Below, piece by piece: positions 16,856 to 26,038 of a stretch of 64,000 nucleotides of DNA. How positions within the stretch are numbered: the first letter of the stretch is position 1; each line of letters starts with the position of its first letter. Origin of the DNA: Patescibacteria group bacterium (GTDB taxonomy: Bacteria; Patescibacteriota; Microgenomatia; 2-02-FULL-39-11). The notes below the pieces were generated by a model. The model was not told the origin of the DNA. It saw only the letters and a list, made by a program, of their open reading frames with translations, and made no database searches. The DNA lies in the NCBI GenBank assembly GCA_023379265.1, contig JAMCUI010000007.1, positions 14,780-78,779 of the forward strand. Direction: 5' to 3'. The translations under genes and the position numbers were made by a program.

Positions 16856-18424
16856 TTATTCCCACTCCATTGTTGCAGGAGGTTTGGTAGTGATATCGTA
16901 GACTACTCTTACTACTTCAAAAACTTCAGTGACAATCCTTTCTGAAATTCTTGCCAGAACTTCATACGGTAAACGTACCCAATCAGCAGTCATTGTATCT
17001 TTTGACTCTATTGCTCTAATGGCGATTGTTTCTCCGTATTTTCTTTCATCACCTGCAACACCCGTAGATTTTACTCCAGTCAGAATGGCAAAAGACATCC
17101 ATATATCTTCATAAAGTCCAGCTTTTTTTATCTCCTCCACTACAATCTTGTCCGCTTTTCTCAAAATTTCCAATTTTTCTTTTGTCACCTCACCAATAAC
17201 CCTAACTCCCAGACCGGGACCTGGAAAGACATGTCTGGAAATCATTTCTTTAGGAAATCTTAGTGTTTTTGCTATATCGCGAACTTCATCCTTATACAAT
17301 GTTCTTAGAGGTTCAACTATACGGAAACCGTGTTTTGCAGGAATCCCTCCTACATTGTGATGGGTTTTAATTTTCTGGGCATGCTTTGTACCCTTACTTT
17401 CGATCACGTCAGGATATATGGTCCCCTGAACTAATATTTTTGCGCCCGACTTTTTTGATTCTCTCTCAAACACTCTTATAAATGTCTCCCCTATTACCTT
17501 TCTTTTCTGCTCAGGATCAACAACTCCTCTTAATCTTTTCAAAAAATCTCCTTCAGCGTTTATAACTTTAACAGGCAACTTTAATTTATACTTAAAAGTA
17601 TTTTTTATCTCCTCCGTCTCCCCAAAACGCATAAGTCCGGTATCTACATAAAAACATGTCAGGTTTTTACCAATTGCCTGGTATGTAAGATACGCCGCCA
17701 CACTAGAATCAATACCTCCGGAAAGAGCACAAACTACTTTATTATTTCCGATTTGTTTCTTTAGTTCTGTGATTTTCTCCCCAATAAATTTTTGAAGTTT
17801 TTTCTCCTCAGGCCGTAATCCTGTTAAAGTCGACTTATCTCCTGAAGGATTTTCTTTACATATACGGATAACAAAATTTTCCAAAATGTCGGGACCGTAC
17901 TCTGTATGATGAACCTCGGGATGGAATTGAATTCCATAAAATTTTCTTTTTTCATCTGCAAATGCAGCCACTTCCACTGAAGGGGTAGAACCGGTAATAA
18001 AAGCTCCCTCCGGGGGTTTTAACACTTGATCAAAATGGCTCATCCAAACTGTAAAGTTTTTTTTCTTTTTTTCCCATCCAGCAAAAAGTGAATTATTTTT
18101 TGTGAGAGTAAAACTAGTTGGACCGTATTCTTTTTTCTTTCCCGGCATTACCTTTCCCTTAAGCTGCTGACCCATAATCTGCAAACCATAACAAATTCCC
18201 AATACGGGAATTTTAGCCTGGAAAATTTTTGGGTCCGGTAGAAGAGCATTCTTCCCATAAACTGATGAAGGTCCGCCTGAGAGGATTATCCCATTTGGTT
18301 TACATTCTTTTATTTTGGAAACAGCTCTCTTTGGTAGAACTATTTGCATTGCAACCCCCATCTCGCGGATACGTCTGCCTATAAGGTGACATGTCTGGGA
18401 CCCAAAATCGATTATGAGAATCAT
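16856..18424 (-). CDS. guaA: GMP synthase (glutamine-hydrolysing)
   Basis: 522 aa. N-terminal class I GATase (GICYGLQ), PP-loop SGGIDSSV, and the C-terminal dimerisation domain ending ...TKPPATMEWE. Confidence 0.9.
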   Translation of the reverse strand: MILIIDFGSQTCHLIGRRIREMGVAMQIVLPKRAVSKIKECKPNGIILSGGPSSVYGKNALLPDPKIFQAKIPVLGICYGLQIMGQQLKGKVMPGKKKEYGPTSFTLTKNNSLFAGWEKKKKNFTVWMSHFDQVLKPPEGAFITGSTPSVEVAAFADEKRKFYGIQFHPEVHHTEYGPDILENFVIRICKENPSGDKSTLTGLRPEEKKLQKFIGEKITELKKQIGNNKVVCALSGGIDSSVAAYLTYQAIGKNLTCFYVDTGLMRFGETEEIKNTFKYKLKLPVKVINAEGDFLKRLRGVVDPEQKRKVIGETFIRVFERESKKSGAKILVQGTIYPDVIESKGTKHAQKIKTHHNVGGIPAKHGFRIVEPLRTLYKDEVRDIAKTLRFPKEMISRHVFPGPGLGVRVIGEVTKEKLEILRKADKIVVEEIKKAGLYEDIWMSFAILTGVKSTGVAGDERKYGETIAIRAIESKDTMTADWVRLPYEVLARISERIVTEVFEVVRVVYDITTKPPATMEWE

Positions 18425-18439
18425 AATTTTTGCTCTTTG

Positions 18440-19522
18440 TTATTTGTTCTCTGTTATTTGAACAATATCATGCGGATGGCTCTCAATAAGAGAAGATTGG
18501 GTAATACGCATCAGTCTTGAATTCTCTTGAAGCTCAGAAATACTTTTTACCCCCGCATAATACATGCCGGAACGCAAACCTCCTACAAGTTGCGTCACAA
18601 CATCTTCAACGCCTCCTTTTATAGGTACTGCACCTTCTATACCTTCTGCAACTAGCTTTTTTTCCTGACCGCGCCTATATTCCTGTCCGTAACGGGAGCT
18701 ACTTCCCTCTTTCATCGCGGCTACAGACCCCATCCCTCTGTATTTTTTATATTTTTGTCCGTTTATTGTCATCACTTTTCCCGGTGATTCGGTACATCCG
18801 GCAAAAAGAGAACCGGCCATGACAGTTGAAGCTCCTGCTGCCAATGCTTTTACAATATCTCCTGAAAAGCGCAAGCCCCCGTCAGAAATAACAGGTATAT
18901 TAAACCTTTTTGCAATAGACACAGTTTCCAAAACTGCCGTAATCTGTGGCACTCCCATACCGGCTACGATTCTCGTGGTACAGATTGAACCCGGGCCCAT
19001 ACCTACTCGGATTGCCTGGGCTCCTGCTTCTATAAGAGCTTTTGCTCCAGCGGCTGTTGCTATACTTCCGGATATAAGAGCGATGTCTTTATATTCATTA
19101 GCAATAAAACTTGTCGCTTCAATTACCCACTTGGAAAAACCGTGTGCACTGTCAACTACTAAAACGTCAACCCCAGCGTCACTTAAACCCATAACTCTCT
19201 CTTTCAAATCGTCACCCACTCCAACGGCAGCCGCCGCAAAAAGACCTACATTCTTTACTATCTTTACCTCTTGTGCCTGTTTTTCAATTGACAGATTTCT
19301 ATGGATTACTCCAAGACCGCCTAGCTTCCCCATAGCTATGGCAAGTTTGGATGTGGTTACAGTATCCATTGGTGAAGAAATAATGGGAATATCAAGTCGT
19401 ACATTACCAGCCAATCTTGAAGAAATATCTATATCCCCTCTTTTCACCTGTGCGTAGTTTGGCAAAAGAAGAACATCGTCAAAAGTCAAACCTGTGTTTT
19501 CAACAATTTTTTGTTGGTCCAT
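18440..19522 (-). CDS. guaB: IMP dehydrogenase lacking the CBS subdomain
   Basis: 360 aa. Catalytic loop GMGPGSICTTRIVAGMGVPQ. Flap/finger region RYGQEYRRGQEKKLVAEGIEGAVPIKG, which is IMPDH-like rather than GuaC-like. There is no insertion where the CBS pair normally sits. Confidence 0.75.
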   Translation of the reverse strand: MDQQKIVENTGLTFDDVLLLPNYAQVKRGDIDISSRLAGNVRLDIPIISSPMDTVTTSKLAIAMGKLGGLGVIHRNLSIEKQAQEVKIVKNVGLFAAAAVGVGDDLKERVMGLSDAGVDVLVVDSAHGFSKWVIEATSFIANEYKDIALISGSIATAAGAKALIEAGAQAIRVGMGPGSICTTRIVAGMGVPQITAVLETVSIAKRFNIPVISDGGLRFSGDIVKALAAGASTVMAGSLFAGCTESPGKVMTINGQKYKKYRGMGSVAAMKEGSSSRYGQEYRRGQEKKLVAEGIEGAVPIKGGVEDVVTQLVGGLRSGMYYAGVKSISELQENSRLMRITQSSLIESHPHDIVQITENK

Positions 19523-19562
19523 AATTAGATTTTTCGGAATTAATAATCTAAAATATCTTTGG

Positions 19563-20567
19563 TTAAACCGATTTGCTTCTTATAAAACTAGCTTCCTTTG
19601 CTTTTTGCGATGCTTTATTCAAATCTTCTAAACTTAGTATATTATTGTCCAAAAGTGTCTGGTATTCATTAAGCAAATTTGTCCTCAACATCTCCGGACC
19701 ATCGGTGTTAACAGTAAATGCAACTCCTTGTTCTTTTAAAATAGCAAAAATATTTTTAAAATCGGACAGGTTTTTTACTACCCTTGTGTTTAGATTTGAT
19801 GTAGGACAAACCTCAAGAACAATATTTCTGTTTTTCAACTCTAAAAGCACATTTTTATCCTCTACTGCCCTAACACCATGACCGATTCTGTCCGGTTCTA
19901 GAAGTTTAATGGTGCGCATCATCTCATCAGCCCCTGTTGCTTCACCAGTATGGATTGTCACTCCGAGTCCTACCCTCTTACATGCTTTTATCGGCTCAAC
20001 CAAAGTTTCCATGCTAAACTGTGGATCAATTGGTCCGGCCAAATCTATTCCTATTACGCCCCGTCTCGCATACTTTACCGCTTTTTCGGCAATTATGGAA
20101 TTTAGTTTTTGGGAAAACCTGCGGTCACACATAAGAATCAGTCCTATCCTCATGGGATATGAAAGCATCGCTCTTTCCATACTGTGAATACTTGAAAGGA
20201 TAATATGGTCCAGATCTCTTTCCCCGCCGCGGTTTCTCAGCATAGGATTGAAACGAATTTCAAGAGTTGTAATACCGTTTTTGCGATAAGCTCCGGAAGC
20301 GATAGAATAAATGCTTTTTTCCATCGCTTCAGGCGAGGATTGAATAAGTTCCGTCCAGTGGAAAAGGTCAAGATATTTTTTGTAGTTGGTATCGTCAGAT
20401 ACAGTAATAAGTTTTTCAAAATCCCAGTAGTTTTTAGTTGGCAGTCTTATCCCCTGCTCCTGGGCTATTTCCCACATGATGGGTGGGTCTACAGCTGATC
20501 CTATATGAACATGCAGCTCCGTCAGTTCTCCGAATTTTTTCGCAGCTGTATCCATATTATTTTTCAT
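19563..20567 (-). CDS. add: adenosine deaminase family metal-dependent hydrolase
   Basis: 334 aa. N-terminal LTELHVHIGS (the HxH metal site), HTGEA motif, and a C-terminal D...D consistent with adenosine/adenine deaminase. Confidence 0.7.
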   Translation of the reverse strand: MKNNMDTAAKKFGELTELHVHIGSAVDPPIMWEIAQEQGIRLPTKNYWDFEKLITVSDDTNYKKYLDLFHWTELIQSSPEAMEKSIYSIASGAYRKNGITTLEIRFNPMLRNRGGERDLDHIILSSIHSMERAMLSYPMRIGLILMCDRRFSQKLNSIIAEKAVKYARRGVIGIDLAGPIDPQFSMETLVEPIKACKRVGLGVTIHTGEATGADEMMRTIKLLEPDRIGHGVRAVEDKNVLLELKNRNIVLEVCPTSNLNTRVVKNLSDFKNIFAILKEQGVAFTVNTDGPEMLRTNLLNEYQTLLDNNILSLEDLNKASQKAKEASFIRSKSV

Positions 20568-20967
20568 TCTCCAGATATTTTACTAAATTTTGGGGAGAAA
20601 CGACTGCTTTGACAAAATTAGTCACGGTAATATCCTTAATTTTTGCTCTGGCAAAAATGGGTTTTTCAAGAGCCAATGAATAACCGATCTCCACTGTAAC
20701 GGCAGGACCCAGATACGAACCCTGGTTGAATATATAGATAACATCACTTTTCCTGATATTCTCTAAATGCGAAAAAGCCCCCTCCCCTTCCCACTTTGTC
20801 AGAGTAGCTTTATCGTATTTCGTTTTCAACTCTTGCGGCTTGTGCCCGTGTCTGACATGTGAAGGCTGTGGAACTATTACCGTAAACCCTTTTCCCCGAA
20901 GTAATTTTGCCACATTCTCCATCTGGTTATAAAATTTAAAACTGCCGCAGAAACAGATTGTTTTCAT
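20557..20967 (-). CDS. nucleoside 2-deoxyribosyltransferase-like protein
   Basis: 136 aa. The C-terminal AVTVEIGYSLALEKPIF resembles the nucleophile-Glu motif (GTAFEIGYA..GKP) of N-deoxyribosyltransferase/DNPH1-like proteins. It sits next to purine salvage genes. Confidence 0.45.
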   Translation of the reverse strand: MKTICFCGSFKFYNQMENVAKLLRGKGFTVIVPQPSHVRHGHKPQELKTKYDKATLTKWEGEGAFSHLENIRKSDVIYIFNQGSYLGPAVTVEIGYSLALEKPIFARAKIKDITVTNFVKAVVSPQNLVKYLENEK

Positions 20968-21138
20968 GTATAAACTCCATCAAAAAACCCGGCCGCAGCC
21001 GAGTCGTAAAGAATTATTATTGTTTGTCTTAAATCAATTTGACCAACCATATTATATATTACCACAATTATACCCAACCTGTCAAAAAGAAATTAGCAAT
21101 CTCTTGTTGACATCCTAAAAAATTGATACACTGATTTT

Positions 21139-21885
21139 GTGGGGATATTTTTTACCGCTGTCATAGTCTTTCTTATTCTTCTTGTTCTATCTGGTCTAAA
21201 AGTAATCGACCAGTATGAAAGAGGTATTGTTTTGACTCTTGGTTCATATTCCTATACTCTTGACCCTGGTCTTAAAGTAGTTTTCCCTATTTTCCAAAGA
21301 CTGATTAAAGTAGATATTCGAATCACAACCTCTGATATTCCCCAACAGGAAGTCATCACTAAAGATAACGTGCCGGTGGGAATAAACGCAGTTGTTTACT
21401 TCCAAGTTAATAAACCCGAGGATGCGGTCCTCAAAATTCAGGATTATACTTATGCTGTCACCCAATATGCCCAGACAGCACTGCGTGACGTTATTGGAGG
21501 TGTGGAGCTAGATAGTCTTCTTGTGGACAGACAGAAAATTGCCGAAGAGATAAAAAAGATCGTTGACAGTGAAACTACCGAATGGGGAGTTGATGTCACA
21601 GCCATTAAAATCCAAGACATAGAGTTACCAGCAGATATGAAAAGAGCAATGGCTAAACAAGCCGAGGCGGAAAGGGAAAGAAGGGCGACAATCATCCGCT
21701 CACAGGGAGAATTATCTGCTTCAGCAAACCTTAAAAAAGCTATGGAACAAATGGCTACATCAGGGGCAATCTCTTTAAGAACTCTACAGACAATTGAAGC
21801 AACTACTGCCAATCCTTCAAATACAGTCGTCTTTGCTCTTCCCATCCAGGTTTTGGAAGGATTGAAAAAACTTGCTAACCAATAA
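21139..21885 (+). CDS. SPFH/band-7 (stomatin/prohibitin-like) membrane protein
   Basis: 248 aa with a GTG start. N-terminal TM, SPFH core, then a coiled-coil region DMKRAMAKQAEAERERRATII. Confidence 0.8.
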   Translation: MGIFFTAVIVFLILLVLSGLKVIDQYERGIVLTLGSYSYTLDPGLKVVFPIFQRLIKVDIRITTSDIPQQEVITKDNVPVGINAVVYFQVNKPEDAVLKIQDYTYAVTQYAQTALRDVIGGVELDSLLVDRQKIAEEIKKIVDSETTEWGVDVTAIKIQDIELPADMKRAMAKQAEAERERRATIIRSQGELSASANLKKAMEQMATSGAISLRTLQTIEATTANPSNTVVFALPIQVLEGLKKLANQ

Positions 21886-21897
21886 TTTCTTAAATAA

Positions 21898-22572
21898 TTA
21901 CTTAATAGCCTTCAAAAACTCTTCTGCCAGTTGACTGGTGTCAGCAGTTGACTGATAAAATTCTTTCCATACTACTACTATATCAGCGTCATTAAAAACT
22001 GCCCGCTGGACTTCCCTTATTGTATCCCCTCCGGCTATCGAGAGAAGAAGATTATAACTGGCATGAATCTTGTTTATCTGGATATAGGGAATGGGTTTGT
22101 CTCTGTTGAATTTTTCCTCATCTACCCCTCGGTGAAGAAGTACCACATCTGGAAGTTTTTTCAGCTTCCTTAACACCTTTACAGACTCCTCAACATTCAT
22201 CATATCAAGCATACTATCCAAGCCTTCTCTCTTACAGGATTCAATAAATGAATTAATCGTCTCAACTGGCGCCCAACCCAGACTGACTGCGGCAGACGCC
22301 CCGGCATTTTTGGCGATATTCACTTCTGTCTCTGCCCTATCCATTGTCTTTAAGTCTGCCACGATATAAGGACTAACATCCAATCCTTCCAGCCTTTCAC
22401 CCCACCACCGATAAAGACTGGCAATGGCCTCCATCCCATACCTTTTAATAAGAGGGGTACCAGCTTCGATAATAATTCTGTCGCTTGCAGGAAGTGATTG
22501 TATTATGTTGTATGCGTCATTTAGCGTACTATTTAGGGCAATCTGCAGGTAACGTTTTTTTCTATCCAACAT
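21898..22572 (-). CDS. 3-hexulose-6-phosphate synthase (HPS/HxlA) family, OMP-decarboxylase-like fold
   Basis: 224 aa. IIIEAGTPLIKRYG (compare ELGTPLIK in HPS) and DLKTMD (compare DMKTMD in HPS). Confidence 0.6.
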   Translation of the reverse strand: MLDRKKRYLQIALNSTLNDAYNIIQSLPASDRIIIEAGTPLIKRYGMEAIASLYRWWGERLEGLDVSPYIVADLKTMDRAETEVNIAKNAGASAAVSLGWAPVETINSFIESCKREGLDSMLDMMNVEESVKVLRKLKKLPDVVLLHRGVDEEKFNRDKPIPYIQINKIHASYNLLLSIAGGDTIREVQRAVFNDADIVVVWKEFYQSTADTSQLAEEFLKAIK

Positions 22573-22687
22573 ATTTTTATTCTATACCCATCTTATCCTG
22601 ATTGCAGTACCAAACAAAATAAAGCACTAAAAAACGGATTAGATATATACTGAAAAACAAGTGTAAATATGAGTTTTTGAAGTATAT

Positions 22688-23491
22688 CTATTTATCAATG
22701 AGATATAAATGATGGAGAGGCCCGTGTCCTTTTCCAATATTTAATCCAACGGAATATTTCAACGCTTCCGAGATATATCTTTTGGCTATTTTGACTGCTT
22801 GAGGTAAACTTTTACCTTTGGCGAGTTCTGCTGCGATAGCTGAAGAGAAAGTACATCCTGTACCGTGAGTATTTTTTGTTTCTATTCTTTTTTCATCAAA
22901 AATATGGAATGATTTTCCGTCATAAAGAATATCTATGGAATTTTTACTTTCTGGCAAATGCCCACCTTTAACAATTACATTTTTAGGGCCCATTTTTTTG
23001 AGAAACACAGCGGCTTTTTTCATTTCTGATATTTCCCTCACTTCAATTCCCAGCATAGCTTTGACTTCGTGAAGATTGGGAGTAATGACAAATGATAAAG
23101 GAAAAAGATATTTTATAAGTGTCGACTGAGCATCTTTTTTTAATAACCTATCCCCGCTTTTTGCGACCATGACAGGATCAACAACAATAGGGATTTCCTT
23201 ATATTTCTTCAGTCCAGAAGCGACTGTTTTTATTATTTGATTACTAGCTAACATACCGATTTTTATGACATCCGGCTTCAGATCTTCCATTACCGATTTT
23301 ATCTGCTCTGTCACAATAGATATTGGCAACTCAAAAACTCTCTGCACCCCAATAGTATTTTGGGCCGTAATGGCAGTAATAACACTCATTCCATAAACTC
23401 TTCTTGCGGCAAAAGTTTTCAAGTCCGCCTGGATACCTGCTCCCCCGCCGCTATCTGACCCTGCAATAGTCAATACTTTTTTTAGTTGCAT
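22688..23491 (-). CDS. thiD: hydroxymethylpyrimidine/phosphomethylpyrimidine kinase
   Basis: 267 aa. N-terminal LTIAGSDSGGGAGIQADLKTFAA signature of ThiD. Confidence 0.85.
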   Translation of the reverse strand: MQLKKVLTIAGSDSGGGAGIQADLKTFAARRVYGMSVITAITAQNTIGVQRVFELPISIVTEQIKSVMEDLKPDVIKIGMLASNQIIKTVASGLKKYKEIPIVVDPVMVAKSGDRLLKKDAQSTLIKYLFPLSFVITPNLHEVKAMLGIEVREISEMKKAAVFLKKMGPKNVIVKGGHLPESKNSIDILYDGKSFHIFDEKRIETKNTHGTGCTFSSAIAAELAKGKSLPQAVKIAKRYISEALKYSVGLNIGKGHGPLHHLYLIDK

Positions 23492-23536
23492 AAATTCTAA
23501 ATATCATGCCAAACTTGTTTCGGCATCTCGTTAATA

Positions 23537-24568
23537 TTAACTAGATTCTGAAACAAGTTTAGGAAGACTTAAAATATGATCCCAACTCTCCAATTTTAAT
23601 CGTATGCGTTTACCATCACTATTAACTAACCAACTTCCTTCTTTTTCTGGCAAAATTTTACCGATTATGTTCACATTTGTGTTTGTCTTTTTTTTAATTT
23701 TAGAAATTAAGAGTTCTGTATTCTTTTTACTAACGGTAAATAATAATTCGTAATCTTCTCCTCCGTTAAGAGCTAAATCATATGGATTCTTTTTAATAGA
23801 TTTAGCAAATTCCAACATGTCTTTGGCAACCGGAAGCTTATCCTCATATATCTCAACTCCGACTCTACTTCTCTCACAAATGTGACCTATGTCACCGCTT
23901 AATCCGTCACTTACATCAATCATTGCTGTTGCCATATGACTGGCGGCAATTAATTTTGACTCGCCAATTCTGGGATTTGGGGCCAGCTGTCTCTGCAATA
24001 ATCTTTTAGTTTTTACCAATAAAAATTTTCTATCTTTGGCTATAAAAAGACCCGCAGCAGCATCTCCCAACGTACCAGTTACTAAAACGTTATCTCCAAT
24101 ATTTGCGCCGGACCGTAAAAGCAGATCCCTCTTTTTTACTTTTCCCAGCATAAAAATATCAATTGCCCAATCTTTTCCCGAAGATATATTTCCTCCTGCC
24201 ACCTGTATATTGTATTTATTACAAGCTATATCTATTCCTCTATAAATTCTTTGAACAAAATCGGTAGAGATATTCTTGGGCAAAATCAGAGAAATCAGAC
24301 AGACGGTGGGTAACCCGCCCATTGCGGCAATATCGCTAATGTTTATTGCAATTGCTTTGTGGCCGATATTTTCCGGCTCCAAATTTTCCAAAACAAAATG
24401 TCTGCCCGCAACCTGTATATCACAAGTTACCAGCTCAAGATAATTTTTATCAAAAGACAAAACTGCACAGTCATCACCGATTCCCACAATTACATCACGA
24501 TTCTTTACTTTCAACTCTGACGTAAGCTTTTTAATTAACTCAAATTCACCAGGTAACTTAAGCGGCAT
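23537..24568 (-). CDS. thiL: thiamine-monophosphate kinase
   Basis: 343 aa. GEFELI...IGDDCAVL...HF motif of the AIR-synthase-related ThiL family. Confidence 0.8.
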   Translation of the reverse strand: MPLKLPGEFELIKKLTSELKVKNRDVIVGIGDDCAVLSFDKNYLELVTCDIQVAGRHFVLENLEPENIGHKAIAINISDIAAMGGLPTVCLISLILPKNISTDFVQRIYRGIDIACNKYNIQVAGGNISSGKDWAIDIFMLGKVKKRDLLLRSGANIGDNVLVTGTLGDAAAGLFIAKDRKFLLVKTKRLLQRQLAPNPRIGESKLIAASHMATAMIDVSDGLSGDIGHICERSRVGVEIYEDKLPVAKDMLEFAKSIKKNPYDLALNGGEDYELLFTVSKKNTELLISKIKKKTNTNVNIIGKILPEKEGSWLVNSDGKRIRLKLESWDHILSLPKLVSESS

Positions 24569-25367
24569 ATATTTTTGCTCCCTTTGCCAGTTGGCTCGGG
24601 CTCATATTATATAAAGTATCAAGAAGAGCGATTTTGAAACTAGCCGGGCCTTTTGCATTTTTAGCTGCGATTTCAGCAGCATAACCATAACATGCAAGCG
24701 CTGCAGAAGATGCAAAAGCATAATTCTTTTCTACTGCACAAAAAGCAGCCACCATGGTAGTAGACATACAACCTGTTCCGGTGTTCGTCGAAAGCCATTG
24801 GTCACCGTTATCAACAAAATATGTTTCTTTTCCAGAAGATACAATGTCGCGCTTTCCCGTAATAACCACAACTGTCTTATATTTTTTAGCTAGACTTTGT
24901 GCTACTTTCACTGGGTCCTTTATGCCTTCAACGCTTTCCACTCCTTTTACTTTACCTCCTGCACCAGCCACAGCACCTATCTCTCCGTGGTTTCCCCTCA
25001 ATACTGCTATTTCCAATTTACTTAATAGCTCAAGTGAAGTACTGGAACGCAATTTAGTAGCGCCTGCCCCAACTGGGTCAAGTATAATCGGAATCCTCAT
25101 GCTGTTTGCTTTTCTTCCAGCAATAAACATTGATTCAATCCATTCTTTTGATAATGTTCCAATATTTAAAACCAATGCGTTTGCAATACCTGTCATTTCC
25201 TTCATCTCTTCCCTTGCATGGGCCATGACTGGAAGAGCTCCCACATGCAGTGTGACATTTGCCGTATCATTCATCACGACAAAATTAGTAATATGGTGCA
25301 GAAGCGGTCTTTTTTCTCTCACTCTTTTTAATATTTCTCCTGCTCCTTGATTTAATTTTTTATCCAT
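24558..25367 (-). CDS. thiM: hydroxyethylthiazole kinase
   Basis: 269 aa. ITNFVVMNDTANVTLHVGALPVMAH and Gly-rich ATP-binding segments typical of ThiM. Confidence 0.8.
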   Translation of the reverse strand: MDKKLNQGAGEILKRVREKRPLLHHITNFVVMNDTANVTLHVGALPVMAHAREEMKEMTGIANALVLNIGTLSKEWIESMFIAGRKANSMRIPIILDPVGAGATKLRSSTSLELLSKLEIAVLRGNHGEIGAVAGAGGKVKGVESVEGIKDPVKVAQSLAKKYKTVVVITGKRDIVSSGKETYFVDNGDQWLSTNTGTGCMSTTMVAAFCAVEKNYAFASSAALACYGYAAEIAAKNAKGPASFKIALLDTLYNMSPSQLAKGAKIYAA

Positions 25368-25405
25368 AACTCTCCTAATAATTAAATTTAATAATTTATA
25401 TAAAA

Positions 25406-26038
25406 TTAACTTTTCGCTTCACTAACTATTTTTTTTAATTTTTCTGCAGCTAATTTCGGTTCATTTACCAGAAATACTGCAGATATTACGGCAATTCCAT
25501 CGGCTCTCGCCCGTATTACTTGATTTGCATTTTCCAAAGTTACTCCTCCTATTCCTACAATGGGAATTTTTACCACTTTTTTAATTTTTTTAAGCATGCC
25601 AATCCCGACAGGCTTACCTGTATCTGTTTTAGTTGTGGAGCCGAAAATGTCACTTACACCCAAATAGTCAGCCCCGTCTTTGACTGCTTTTTTTGCTTCT
25701 ACCACATTGCTCGCTGTAACCCCCAATATTTTTTCCCGTCCGATAATCTGTCGGACAATATTTGCTGGCATATCGCTTTGCCCCACATGTACTCCTTCAG
25801 CATCAATTGCCAATGCCACATCAATCCTGTCGTCAATGATAAGAGGAATACCCGCTTTCGTTGTAATTTTATGAAGAGCTCTACCTTCTTCAATCATCAG
25901 TCGTGTGGAAGCATTTTTTTCCCTATATTGCACAATTGTCACTCCACCTTCTATTGCTAATGCAACAATTGAAAGGACTGATTTTTTTCCGGCCAAATTC
26001 TTGTCAGTGACCAAATAAAGACTGTAGTCAATATTCAT
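25406..26038 (-). CDS. thiE: thiamine-phosphate synthase
   Basis: 210 aa. YLVTD...VQYREK...GADYLGV motifs of ThiE. Confidence 0.85.
   Translation of the reverse strand: MNIDYSLYLVTDKNLAGKKSVLSIVALAIEGGVTIVQYREKNASTRLMIEEGRALHKITTKAGIPLIIDDRIDVALAIDAEGVHVGQSDMPANIVRQIIGREKILGVTASNVVEAKKAVKDGADYLGVSDIFGSTTKTDTGKPVGIGMLKKIKKVVKIPIVGIGGVTLENANQVIRARADGIAVISAVFLVNEPKLAAEKLKKIVSEAKS

Noticed and set aside
21100-21140. TTGACA -35-like hexamer upstream of the SPFH gene as a defined promoter
   Set aside because: No convincingly spaced -10 element (a 14-nt spacer to the nearest TAnnnT). In a genome this AT-rich, isolated hexamer matches are not informative.
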